From positions 2,108,001-2,172,000 of the forward strand of contig NC_067401.1 in NCBI RefSeq assembly GCF_016432865.1: DNA of 64,000 nt. The letters are read 5' to 3'. Of this stretch, positions 47,101-60,922 are shown piece by piece. A program made the position numbers and the translations under genes. Source of the DNA: Antechinus flavipes. Its lineage: Eukaryota. The notes below the pieces were generated by a model. The model saw only the letters and a program-made list of their open reading frames with translations. It did no database searches and was not told the origin of the DNA. The number at the start of each line of letters is the position of its first letter. Position 1 is the stretch's first letter.

Positions 47101-50100
47101 GATGTAGACCCGGTAGCCCCGAGTTAGAATTTCTTTCCTCTGATTAGATCTTGGCCCGACTGAGAGCTTTCCTACACTGGTTGCTTTCTGGATGAGGAAG
47201 AAGAAAAGGGGAAAAGCTTGATTCCAATAGCAATTATCAGTTATTAAATAGAAGAGAAGAATCCTAATTTCTCACAAATGTGGGCCCCCAGAATTCTTTG
47301 CTAACAGGTTTGATCCTTCTCGTTGCAGAAGAGCTGTCGTCTCGTTGAAGACCACCAGAAAGAGATAAAGAAGCTAAGAGAAGAAATTCAGCAGCTGATC
47401 CAAAGGAACAAGGACAAAGAAGATGAATGGCAAGTCCAGCGTGGGGATCTCAGCAGGAGAGCCGAAGAGCGACTGGCCGCACTGGCCCTCGAGCTGAACG
47501 GCAAGGCCGAGCGGGAGCAGCGGGCCCTGAGAGAGGCGGCGGAGCTCCGTGTGGTGGAGATGGAGCGGCTCCGAGACCGGCAGGCGGCCGACATCATGAG
47601 GTTGGAGCAGTCCCTGAGGCAGCGGGAGGAGAGCCGGGCCCAAGAGGAGGCTGCCTGGCAAGAGCGGGCAGCTCGGGACCTGGAGGCGGCCAAGGCCCAG
47701 ATGGCCGAAGAGTTGGAGGCGGCCACGCGTAGCCTTCGGGAGGACTGTGCCTTGGAGCTGCAGACAAGCCGAGCAAGGTTGGTGACTGAGGCCCAGGGGC
47801 TTGCTTGGGTACCAAGAGGCCCTTAACCTTGTTTCCGGGCCTCTTCTGCATAGCAAATGGTCTGACGGTCCTTTTGTCTCACGTATCCGATAATTAGCTC
47901 ACAACCCTTGCCCTCTGCTGGTCTGCCGGTCATGGGGGCCAACCCTTTTCAATGCCCAAACAAGTTATACTTTTTTAAGACCAGGGCGCCGGGATTTGGG
48001 CATCAGGGCTCTCTTCCTCAGTGCAGATAGCAGGCACCTTGTCTTCCTCTGATCTGGGAAGGTTGCTGTGCCCCTCTAGAGATGAATCTCTGAGGAGAGA
48101 CCCAAACCTCTAGCAGCATGGGCTGAGCCTGCCTCAGCCCAAACCCAGCTGGCAGAGCCTTGGCAAATGCAAGGCACTTTTGTCAGAGGGCGTATTTTAA
48201 AAAAAAATGCCAATAACTTCTTATTTTTCAAAATACGTACAGAGAGTTTTCAGCATTCACCTTCACATAACCTTGTGTTCCCAATTTTTCTCCCTTCCCT
48301 CCTCCCCTAGATAGCAAGTAATCTTATATAGGTTAAACATATATAGTTCTTCTATACATATTTCCACATTTATCATGCTACATAAGAAAAATCAGATAAA
48401 AAGGGAAAAAAAGAGAAAGAAGGAAAAAAAGCAAACAACAACAACAAAGGTGAGACTATTATGTTATGATCCACATTCAGTTCCCACAGTCCTCTCTGGG
48501 TGTGGATGGCTCTCCATCACAAGTAGGTTGGAATTGGCCTGAATCACCTCATAGTTCATCTGATCATTGTGTAATCTTGTTGCCAGGTACAATGTTCTCT
48601 TTGTTCCACTCGCTTCACTCAGCATCAATTCATGTGAGTCTCTCCAGGTCTTCCTGAAATCATCCTGCCGATTGTTTCTTACAGATCGATAACATTCATA
48701 TGCCACAGTTTATTCAGTCATTCTCCAATTGATGGGCACTCACTCAGTTTCCAGTTCCTCGCTACTACAAGAAGGGCTGCCACAAACCTTTTTGCCCGTG
48801 TGGGTCCCTTTTCCTCCTTTAAGATCTCTCTGGGATACAGGCTCAGTAGGGACACAACTGGATCAAAGGGTATGCAGAGTTTGCTAGCCATTTGGATATA
48901 GTCCCATATCGTTCTCCAGAATGGTTGGATCAGTTCCCAGCTCCACCAACAACGTATTAGAGTTCCAATTTTCCCACGTTTCCTCCAACATTTATCATTA
49001 TCTTTTCCTGTCATCTTAGCCAGTCTGAGAGGTGTTAGCGGTACCACAGAGTTAAGATGCAAATCTTATGAATATTGATTTAGGGCATTTTTTCATTATA
49101 AGTATAGATGCTTTTATTTCTTCATCTGAAAATTGTTCACATCCTTTCACCATTTATCAGTTGGAGAGTTACTTGTCCTTCTTAAAAATGAGTTGGTTCT
49201 CTTTGTTTTAGAAACGAAGCCTCTATCATAAACCTTGGATGTAAAAAGTTTTTCCCAGTTTCCTAATCTTGGCTGCATTGGTTTTGTTTGTTCAAGAACT
49301 TTTTAATATAATCAGAATTATCCATTTTGCGTTTCGTCATGTTCCCTAGTTCCTTTTTGACTGTGAATTCCTTCCTCCTCCAGAGATCTGAGAGGTAGTT
49401 TGGTCCTTGTTCTCCTAATTTGCTTATACCATCACCCTTTATGTCTAAATCATGGCCCCATCTCAACCTTATCTTAATATAGGGGTGTTAGGTGTGGGTC
49501 AGTGCCTCGTTTCTGCCATGCTAGCTTCCAATTTCCCCAGCAATTTTTATCAAATAATGAGTTCTTATTCCAAAAGCTGGAGTCTTTGGGTTTTTCAAAC
49601 ACTAGATTATTATCGTTGTTGACTATTTTGTGAACCTAATCTATTCCCCCAAGCCACTACTCTCTTACAAGTGGTTTTGATGACCGCCGTTTTATCCTAA
49701 ATCTGGTATTTTAGGTCTGGTACGGCTAGGCCATCTTTATTTGCATTTTTTTTTTTTCATCGATTCCCTCAATTCTTGATCTTTTCTTCCAGCTGAATTT
49801 TAGGATTTTTTTCTAGCTTTATAAAGCAATTAATTTCTTGGCAGTTTGATTGGCATGGCACTGAAGAAGTAGGTTAATTTCAATAGAATTGTCCTTTTTA
49901 TTACATTGGCTCTGATGAGCATTTTTAAGGATCTTCTCTGCCTGGAGGAGTTGATGTCACACGCCTGCTTGTGTTGCTGGGTATGGTTGTTGGTTCATAA
50001 GAAATGGGAAGTTGTAGAAGGGAGATAGATCAAAAAGAGAGCGTCTTGTTTTATGAAGTACCCTGAAGTTTGGAGAATGCGTTACAAATCTCTCGTGAGA

Positions 50101-53100
50101 TTCTCATTGTGACTGTGGGAGGGATGGGCTGTTATTATCCCCATTCGACAGATGAGGCAGATAGGTGAAGTATCACCGGTAAGCGTTTGAGGCGTCCCGA
50201 CTTGGGGTCCAGCTTCTTTTTCACTGCACGCCAACTGCTTCCATGATCAGGAAGGGCCTCCTGGAAAAGGCGGCATTTAAGAGCATTTCAGGTGATATAA
50301 GGAGAGACCCAGCAGGGGCCCAGGTGGCAGAGGGCGTGCTGAGGAACAGAGTTCGGCTGAATTGTCGTGAGCATCAAGGAGAGCAAAGTATAGCGAGTCT
50401 GCAGAGCTCGGTGGGGAGCTGGCGTTGAAGGCCTTGAAATGCTAAACACAGGGTTTTATGTTTGATCTGAGAGTCATCGCACTCCATTGTTGTATGACCC
50501 GAGCATGTCCGGGTTTGAAGAAAATCCCTTTGGCAACTTTGTGGACCACGAACTAGCCTAGAGGGAGCCTTAAAGCCGACAGACCCATGGGGCAGTGTTT
50601 GGGGGCCACCATACTTCTGGCTTCCCAAAGAATAACATACTGACTTCTTGTTAGCGTTGTTCCGTGTTGTAGCGCATTTTTATTTATCCAAGCATTCCCA
50701 ATCACTCTGGGAGCAGGTTTCTTGGGGAGGTTTTCCGGAGGCAGCTTTAGTTTCAGTTGAAAGTAATAATCACCTCAAATGCAGCCAAGTGTTAAAAGTT
50801 CAGATCTTTTATTGCTTCCTCCAAAGTAGCCCGGTTAGTTTTCTTGGTGGCCTGTCTCTCTGCTTGGTTCCAAGAGCTCCCTCTGGCTATCTGCTAAATT
50901 AGGCCACTGACTTATCACTTTGTAAGGATTCCAACAACATTAGCTTCGGGTTCCGTCTTGCCAGGGGTTCTGTTGGTCTGTGCCAGTGGGGGACCCCTGA
51001 ACTCGGAGCGGCACAGGGTTGACAGGGTGCCAAGAAGGGCTGGCTCCACAGGTGTGGAGGAGGAGCCTGTGGCCCCGACAAGGTTTGGGGCAGGTTGTTC
51101 TGGGGCGTAAGGGACAACGAGTCAGTGGCACTGAGGTTGGGAACCTGGATCCCTGGAAGGAAGATGACACCCTGGGTAGGATGAAAGTTCTGTGGAGATA
51201 GTCAGGTGGTTTGTCTGAGAGAGAGAACCAGAAGGAAGGCAGGCAGGAGGCAGGCAGGCTGCGGTGGGCAGGGCCGATTGTGTTAGAGACGGGAAGGAAG
51301 CTTAGTGTAGGATTTACCAAAAGTTGGGATGCAGAATCCCCAGAGGAGAAGGGGCAGCAGGGTGTGAGAGTTTGTTCTCCTGGGCGAAGGAAGCAGTGGT
51401 TCCACGTCCCTGGGAGGTAGTCTGGGTGTCGGAAGTACCTGCCCCGCAGCTGACATTGGCAGCCCACGGGTTGCAGAGGGTGGCGGTTCTTCCTTTGCTT
51501 TTTCACACGAGTTCTGTCCTTTCTCTGGCCAACTTGTCAGCCACCCGCCTGCTGCTGTCCCTGTGCTGGGCTCCACCAGCTGAGGCTGCAGTTCTGGGAG
51601 AGCTGGTACAGTGGACGGAGCCCTGGGCTTGGAATCGGGAAGGCCTGAGTTCCGATATGGCCTCGGCCCCTGGATCTGCCTGGCTCCGTGTCCCCGATTG
51701 CAAGGCAGTTCCTTCCTTCAAGGTTGTGAGGATCAGACAAAATTATATTTGGAAGGTATTTAGTTTAACGTGGTGCCTGGAGCGTAGTAGGCTCTTAGTA
51801 AAGCCCTGGGCCCGTTCCCGTCCCTACCCAAGCCTCCTCAAGGAGCTTGGTAGCAGAGTGGGGTAGAATTGAGTGAGGGCTGACACTTCCTCCGTTCAGT
51901 GAAGTCCTGAAACTTCAGCTTCTTCAAACCTTTCGGACTTGGTGGTTTGTGGCCGCTTGCTCTGAAATGTTCCCAGAGAATGGCCTCCGCGTGTGACCTT
52001 CGAGGTGCCTTAAAGGCAGGTCAGCAACTAGAGGCGGCCCTGGGGCTTAGAGGCAGCATTTGGGCCAGGTCAAGGCCACTGCTTGGGGTTCCAGGCCCAG
52101 ATCCTGGACACAGCCAATCCCCTCAGGAGTTCCCACCTACTTAGGACGCCCCATTTATAGTGTTTGTGCCCTTTATGTTTTATTTAGATTCTTGGAAGAG
52201 CAGAAAGAAATGACTCAGAAATTCACAGAGAAACAAGATGCTCTCTTCAGGGAACTGCAGGAGAAGCATGCTGGTGAACTCCAGCTGCAGAAGCAGCAGA
52301 CCGAGTCCCTGACCACTGAGCTGCAGACCCAGCACCGGGGGGAGATGGACGCCCTCAGGACTTCCTTACAGAGCCAACACCAGACACAGCTGGATGCCCG
52401 GGTCGCTAAGCTGCAGACCCAGCACCAGGAGGAGATGGATGCCCTCAGGGTTTCTCTACAGAGCCAACACCAGACACAGCTGGAAGCCAGAGTGGCCGAC
52501 CTGCAGAGCCAGCACCAGGGAGAGATGGACGCCCTCAGGACTTCCTTACAGAGCCTACACCGGACACAGCTGGATGCCCAGGTTGCTAAGCTGCAGACCC
52601 AGCACCAGGAGGAGATGGATGCCCTTAGGACTTCCTTACAGAGCCAACACCGGGCACAGCTGGAAGCCAGAGTGGCCGACCTGCAGAGCCAGCACCAGGG
52701 AGAGATGGACGCCCTCAGGACTTCCTTACAGAGCCAACACCGGGCACAGCTGGAAGCCAGAGTGGCTGACCTGCAGAGCCAGCACCAGGGAGAGATGGAC
52801 GCCCTTAGGACTTCCTTACAGAGCCAACACCAGACACAGCTGGATGCTCAGGTCGCTAAGCTGCAGACCCAGCACCGGGAGGAGATGGATGCCCTCAGGA
52901 CTTCCTTACAGAGCCAACACCGGGCACAGCTGGAAGCCAGAGTGGCCGACCTGCAGACCCAGCATGTTGCAGAAATGAGCCACCTGGAAGCCAAGCACTT
53001 GTCAAATCTGGATTCTTTGGAGTCTGGTTACCTGGCTGAGATTCAGACCATGCAGGAAGAGCACAGCCACGCTCTGGAAGGGCTCCGGGTGAGGCTCGAG

Positions 53101-56100
53101 GAGCAGCTGCAGGCGAAGGAAGCTGAGCACAAGGCGGGCCTGGCGCAGGAGACCGAGAAGCACCAGCGAGAGCTGCAGCAGGCCCAGGAAAGCCTCAGAA
53201 TTGAGATGACCACTAATCATATTGAAAAACTGAAATCACTGGCCACGGAGCTACAAGATGCACATCAGGTAAGTGCTGTGGGCCCAGCAGGCTCGGGTCT
53301 CGGGCCACCTTGCCCACCTGTGGAATGGCTCACCGGATATGGGTCAGAGCAGCGCAGGGAACTGGTGGGCACACATTGGTTATGTCAGCCTGGCCTTGCT
53401 TAGTGTAAACTTTTTGTAAGGAGAAAGTGATTTAATTTTATCACATCAAACTGGGCAAATAATTACTTGTTGGCCTGAAAAATCAGTGCACTGGGTTTGA
53501 GGTCCGAGCTGCCCATTCTCGAAGAGAGATCAGATTCAAAAGCAGAAACTGCGTCCGGGCGTTAGACAAAATTGTGAAGGCTGCAAAGTCCCGGAGCTCC
53601 TGCCCTGCTTCTGTTATCCTGTTCAACTCAGTTAATGGTTCAACATTTTATAAATCCCCTCGAGTCCATGCTTGTATCCTTCCTCAGGGTGCCCTTTGAC
53701 CCACTCTTCAGCCTCAGCCCCGGGTGGGGCTGGTGTTGCTTTGAATTGCTGGAAAGAGAAGCTATTGGTAAGAAGTGGGATTCTTCTCGTGTCCTCCAAA
53801 TCCCCCGGGCAGGCTGGTGTCTTGTTGCTAGGATGAAATGTCCCAGCAGACGGTTGAGAGCTTTACTCTCCTTGACTACGGCCTCCTGGGAGATGCTCGA
53901 CCACATCCCCTTTCCTAACAGGGTCCCGACAAGCATGCATGTGAGTCTGGGCTCGAGGCCCGGACAAGTGAGCTCCTTCTCTCGGGAACAGATAGCTGTA
54001 ATTCTGACGGGGGTAGTGGGAGCGCCACGATGCGGGTCGGGTCACCGATGAGCTCCCGTGAGCTCACTTAGTCTACAATGAAATTGGCTGCCAGTTTAAA
54101 GGCAAGCAAACCAGGAAGTCCTTATTCTGGAGGAAAAAGACAAAACAGGTGAAAGGAGAAGGAGCTGGAAAAACTATTTCTTTCATGAATATTAGCTAGA
54201 AAACAGCCTTAAATCTTTTCTTTGTTGGGGAGTCAGCTCTGGTCCTTGGTCAGGGCTCCACTCTCCAGAACTCTGGCCGGCATAAGGACGGGGCTCTTTC
54301 CAATGGTCCCTCTTGTAGGAGGACCTGCAGATGGCCCTTCACAACCAGAGGTGTTTGCTGGAGGAAGAAAATCACAAGGCTCTGGACAGATTGGGCGAAG
54401 AGGCCCTCCGCATGGAGGAGCAGCACCGAGGGGCCCTTCAGGAACTCAAGGACATCCACGTGGCCGAGCTCGAGAAGCAGAAGGCCAAGGCTGGCCAGCA
54501 GCTCCAAGAAGAGCTGGGCAGACTGAGGGCCCAGCACCAGCGGGAGCGAGAGGTGAGCCTTGGGGAGGGGTGGGCCGAGAGCCCTTGGACCTGCAAGGGG
54601 CTCATCTCTTCCCCCATCTGGCCCGCTCTGCGGGTCAGTGATTTGCTCATCTGGAGATGTTCCAAGCTGCAGAGTCTCTGAAGCATGGTGCTGCTGCTGC
54701 GCCAGCCTTAGAGAGGGCCCTGTTCCTGGGGGAGGGAGGTGAGCGGGCAGGCCTTAGAGACGGGGTGGCTGGCAGGGATGCCCAGGAGTGCTTGAGGGAA
54801 CATTCTAGACCTCTAGCTGGGCTCAGCTTCTTCTTGACCTGGGCCATGGCCCAAGCCTCCGCCTTCAGCACACTCTTGGCCCTTCCTCGAAGGTGTGTCT
54901 GGAGCTGTCCCACATAAGCTGGGGCCTTTTTAAAGCCGTCCTCGAGCTGCCTTACTTGGTTCTGGGCCCTCTCAGCTTTTTTTGCCTATAAAAGTGAGGA
55001 AATTGGCGGCCGTAGCTCTTTCAGCTTGAATCTCGTCTTTTAGATCGTTCAGCCTTTGGGAATTAGTGACACGGGAGTGTCATGGGGCTGACCCAGACAT
55101 ATTTAAATGTGCATTTAGGGTTAAATGTGTGTGCGGTCCTGCTGGATTTTCTTGCGCAGGGGCGCCTTTCTCTTTATGTCTTAGATCTTGTTCACCAAAC
55201 AGTAGTTGACACTTCTGCTCTAATTCTCAATTTCCAAGGGTGTTCCATTGCTCAGCATGTCATTTTCTAAGAAGTCTAATTGTGGCTCATTTTTGCCGTG
55301 AACACTTGGAGACTGGGCAGGAAAGGCAAGGTGGCCTCTGGGTCTTTTTCGCCTTTTGTTACTATTTTAGCGAATCTTGTCGAGAATCCTGTTGCTATTT
55401 TGATCAGAATTTTATTGAATCCTTTCCTTTTCCTTGCATCTCTTTCTTTTTCATCTCTTTGATTTTTCTGTGACCTTCATTTCAGATAGAATTCCTCCCC
55501 TCTCTCCCTACCCTTGATGAGCCATCCTGGATAACAGAATAAGAGGGAATAAGAACCATTTCAAAAAGGGCATCAGAATGGTAGAGCCCGGCTCGATCTG
55601 GGCACTGCTCTTTCCACCGACACTGGCTGGACGGCCCCCACTTCTGGCATGGCTGCCCTCAATCGTGCCAGCTTCTCTGAAGCCTGACCGCATTCCCCTC
55701 GTTTCAGGAGCTGTGGCTCTCAAGGCTTTCTAGGAATCTTGGTGGGGATGGAGAGTGAGGGAAGGTCTCCAGTCTCCATCTTTGGGTTTCATCCCCATTT
55801 CCTGGTTCTCACTTGGGAAAATGGGTTTATCTATAGATTTCCCAGCACATCCCTGAAGTGCTCCCTCTGGCCTGCTCCTCCTTCCTCTCTTTTACCTCCA
55901 TTCCCTCCAGCCTACTAACAGGCCCGGATCAGGCCCATCCTGAAGAAACCTTTACTTGCCGCCTCTGTCCCTACTTACTTTGGCCTGCGATCTCTCCTGC
56001 CCTTTGAGCCAAATTCCTCTCAGAGCCCGTCTCCAGCAACCCTCCATTCGCTCTCATGCCCTTCTTGGCCCCTCACGGGGCCCACCCGGCCCTCTCCGCA

Positions 56101-59100
56101 GCGACCAGGGCTCTCTTAGTCCTCCTCCTCCTGGATATTCTCCCCCCGTTCCTGGTTCTCCTCCTCCTGTCTGGCTGCTCCTGGACTGGATCCTTTTCAG
56201 TCTCACCTTCTATCCCAGGGGTCCCTTAGGCTCTGCCTGGGCCCTCTGCTCTTCTTCCTCTCTGCTGCCTCCCAGGGATCTCCTCAGCTCCTGGGGATTG
56301 CATGCCCATCTCCGTGCAGTCTCTCTCCCTTCCAGTCCTTCCTCCATCCAGTCGCCCGGGTCCCACCATGTCACTCCCATCTCAGTAAATGTCAGTGGTT
56401 CCCTGTTGCCTCCAGGAGCAAGTTCAAGATGCTCTTTACCATTCAGAGCCCCTCACCATCTACCCCTTCTTCCCTTTCCAGTCTTCCAGCCCTGTCCTTG
56501 CCAGTCCGTACACTTGGCTCCCGGCTTCCAGGGTGTGCCGTCCGACCCCTCCTAAGTCTGATCCTTTCTCTGCTCATCGTTCCTCTTTATCCTTTACAGA
56601 GTTTGTTTTGCCCGTATTTGTGTGTTGCCCCCTCCCCCTTCATTAGATCGTGAGCTTCCCGAGGAACAGAGCAGGCCCTGTTTCCAGATCCTGGAAGAAA
56701 CCATAAGGTGCCTTCAGGGCTCTGTGCTGAGGGCTAGGGAGGAGACGAGGTCAGTCAGGCCCGATCCCGGACGTCCGTCCTTCTGGCGGCTCTGGGTGTG
56801 TTTCCCTGTTTATTAGACGCACTCCTTCCTCCCAGTGCCCGGGGGTAAGAGACCAGACCATCTCCGGGTGAGAGCCGATCTGAGAACATAGCAGAAAGCA
56901 TTTGAGCTTTGTCCTGGTTTGAGAAAATAAGGACATTTCCTCCCTCCTCGTCTTTTTATGAACATTTTTGATCTTGGCATTGTGGGAACATTCTTTGCAT
57001 GTGACTGTTGTGTTTGATCTGTCTGAAAGCTGCCTGTTGGTATCTTTTGACCCTTTATCAGTTGGAGAATGTTCTTTTTACACATTTGGTTGAGAAACGT
57101 GTCCTCCATCAGAAAAACTTGTAAAATGGTTTTCTCCGTTGCCTGCTTTCCTTTCCCTTTGGCTGCATTGCTTTTGTTTGGGCACAAACTCGAGGTGGGC
57201 ATAGACCTCGTGACCGGCACCTTCCGCTTGCTCTTGCAGGAAGATGCCCGAGCGGCGTCTGCGATGCAGGAAGATGCCGAAGCGGCCCGACTGCAGCAGG
57301 AGCTGCTCTTTCAACAGGAGATGGCACTGCTCAAGGGGCAGGCCCAGGTCCTGGAGCAGCAGGTGGCCCAGCTGAAGGTAGGAGCTGCTCTGTTTCCTTG
57401 GTGTGGGTTCTGGCAGGCACACAGTACGTGTGGGTGGGCTTTGAGGATGCCCCCCCTCTCCCCCAGCGGTGGGTATCTGGGAGCATTTTTTTAAGCACGC
57501 CAGCTGCCGTCCGGTAACTGTGTTCTGCTTCTCGGCTCTGCTCTCTGCGGTCTCCCGTGTGAGCAGACGCAAGGTCTCTGATTTTAGGGGGCTCCTCTTG
57601 GAGCTGATCTCTGAGGAGATGGGGGGCTCGAACTTGCCTGGCAGCTGCCTTCCCTATTGTGCAGATCAGATACTCTGGCGAGTTCCTAGTCAGACCATCT
57701 CGGGGCTGACTAGTAAATTTGGTGCTGTCAGACAGAAGCAGGAAACCAAGTCAGTGGGAAGGTTTGCCCCCTCTTCCCCTCCCCCGCCCCGGGCTGCCAG
57801 GTGCTCGGCCCTGCCTCCCCGAGGCGCTCAGAGAGTGGCAGGAAGCGGGCGAAGCCCACTGGTGGCCGACCTGACCTTGGGGGTCCTTGTGTGCAGGACA
57901 AGCTGGAGATGGAGAAGCGGGCTGCCGAAGAGCAGGCCGAGGAGTTGGTGGCCTTGGAGAGGGAGAAGGCTCAGGGCGTCTGCCAGAGGGAGAAGGAGGC
58001 GCTGACCTCGCAGCTGCAGGAGCAGAGCAGCCTCATCCTCCAGGTATGCACGCTGAGCGCTGGCCGGGGGCCACCATGGGGCGGCACCAGGATTCCTTCA
58101 TTGATTCAGGCAGTCATTGGCGCTCGGTGACGGCGGGCTTCTAAGCGACATGTGGGTGGCAAGATGCCAGCCAGTGGGGGGGGGGGGGAGATCAGGAAGG
58201 CTTCCTTCCTGTAGATGGCGGCAAGAGAAGGGATTTGGGGAGGGACGGCATGTCGGGCATGGGGTACAGCCCGGACAGAAGCAGAGAAATGGCAGAGGGA
58301 GGCTTGTGTGTGAGGAGCAGAGAAGCCAGTCTGGCCAGATCGCAGCAGTTTCACCACGCGGTTCCCTCAGCGGTGCTTGCCAGGCCACAGGATCCTGCCT
58401 GGGACGCCGTGAGGGTCTCCGAAGCCCTTTGCCCACTTCAAGCTCTGCCCATGGCATCTTTCTGTCTGGCTGTTTGTCGGTTGCTGCTTCCACCTGCCAG
58501 AAGCTCCTTGGCTTTGGCTCGGCCCGAATCACTTATCCTGGAGGGAGCCGTGGCCATATGGGGAGCAACTGGCAGCTGTTTCCGGCTTCTACTGGGGTCA
58601 GGGTTCTGGAGATGGGGGTTCGGCAGTGGAGCCTGGCCTGGGCGGCCCTTCTGGGCCATGGTGCTCCTGAAGGCAGGGCCTCCTCCACTCGTCACCCAGA
58701 GGGGCAGGAGGCCCACGGCTCCCGAGTGCTTTGTGTTCTCATTTAAGCCTGTGTGCTAAGGGCCAGATCAGGAGCGATGTCCTCGTGTGGGCATTGGACT
58801 CTTCAGCCCCTCTGCGTCTGGGTCTCCTCACGCTAGGTGACCTGGATTTGGCCCCTCGCTTTCATCCGCTTGCTCCTCTGGACCTTCTGTCCTGCCCCCC
58901 CAGTGCATCCTCCATTAACACTAAAGAGATTTTCTTAAAGTGCAGGTCTAGCCGATCATGTCACTCTATCCTCATTTCAGTGGCTCCCTGTCACCTCCAG
59001 GAGCAAATCCCAGACGTTATGTTTTGCATTCTGAGCCCATTAACACTCCCCACTTTTCCATTCTTCTGCCTTAAGCCCGGCCCCAGTGCTGTTGTTAGGG

Positions 59101-60866
59101 CCTTCCCTCCAGGCCGGGCTGCCTCTAGCTTGTCCTGCCCACTAGACTGAGCGCCTTGAGAGCAAGGACTTTTTGGTTTGCTTTTCTTTGTGTCCCCAGC
59201 ATTTGGCACAGTATCTGGCACATAGTAGGAGCTATCAGGGGCTGCAGTGAATAGAGGGCCTAGAACCAGAAAGATCGAAGGTCAAGTCTGGCCTTAGACC
59301 CAAGACAAGTCACTTAACTGCTACTTGCCTCAGTTTCCTCATCTTATCCAATCCAGGGTTGTTGTGATGCTCCGGTGAGATAACTGGCACGTAGTAGGCA
59401 CTCTGAATGTTAGCCATTAGATACTATCGCCTGACCGGTGGGGTCTCAAGCACCACTCGACACGTACAAGATGTTTTGTGCTGAGCGTTCAGTAGTAAGC
59501 AGCCCCATCCACTGCCTTTTTTTACTAGGTTTATTAGGGATAATAACCAGCAACTGAGACACCGGCTGTTGCTTTGTTGTCTTCTGTAATTGCAAGTGAT
59601 AGATTTCGGCCTTGTGATTTAGGTGAGACTTGGTCAACACAAGCACCAGATGTATTTGAAGAGACTTTGCTAACATAATCGGTGAAGTGCCCGGGAAACG
59701 GCCTGCCCGCGGAGCCTGCGAGGGCACCTGGACTTTCTGTTGAAATAGTTTGCTTTGAAAGTCAGCGTTCCGGCCTAAAGGACCAGGCTTCCCAATAGCA
59801 GCAGCACCCGGTCAGAGTTGTCGGGCATTTCCCTGATCACGCTTTTCTTTTTCATTGGTGTCTGTGGAAATGACATATGAGAGGCTAGGCCCAACAGTGA
59901 TCTGAAGTCTGAAGACCTGGGTTCAAAATCTTTGTGAGCTCCAGCCTAGAACTGGCAGACATGTCTCCTTGGGTGGAAATTGAGGGCCTGGGCCCGATGA
60001 TTTCTGCTATCCCAACTGGAGATCAATCCCAGTCCTAAAAGCTGTTCTTTCGTAAATCCCTCCACATCCAGCCCTCTGTTACACTTCTGGGGCATGTGTG
60101 TGCGTGTATTTTAAAAGCATTCAACAGATTTGTTTGTGGAACTGCTGGTTGTTGTTTGCTGGGTGCCTTCCCCACTGTCTGGTGAGCTCCATGAGAGCAG
60201 GGGATGGTCTTGTCTTTTTTTTGTATCCCCTGTGCACAGGGCCTAGCACAAACTAAATGCTTGTTGACTACATTTTCACGGTACTTCCTAGTCTGAGGAG
60301 GTTCCAAAGGGTGATGACATTAAATGGTTGTGAATGAAGTCCTTTTGCCTTCAAAACTGCCAATTTTTTTTCACCCCAATTATTTTTACTGAGGACCAAG
60401 CTTCCTTGGAAGAAAGTCCCAAGTCCAGCCAATTATTTGGAAATTCCAGAACTGGAGCTTTGTGCGTTTCTGAGTCAGGGCTGCTTTACCCAAATGCCAG
60501 TAATCATAACTCCCCAGTTCTCTTCATTGGGCTTTCTTGGAGCAGCTTTGAGAGGTAAATGGTAGAAGCCATATTATATCCAGGTGCTGCCCTAGGGTGG
60601 TTTTTCCCAGTGATGATGTAGGAAACTGGATCCTGTGATTCGACTCTCCCCACATGGTACACACCCACGCTCCTGTCTCCCTCCAAAGTCCCCAAGTCTT
60701 GACTGACTTGTTCTAGCTAGTGTAGGGAAATGTTTCAACCGTTGCCACCACTTTGATTTTTTCAAGGTCTTTATGGACCAAAGAGATTTGGGGGTTTTAA
60801 TTCTATTCCCCATAAAATGTTGGGTTTAGTAACTTTGTTCCTGACAGAGAGAGAGAGAGAGAGAGA

Positions 60867-60922
<56 letters not shown>

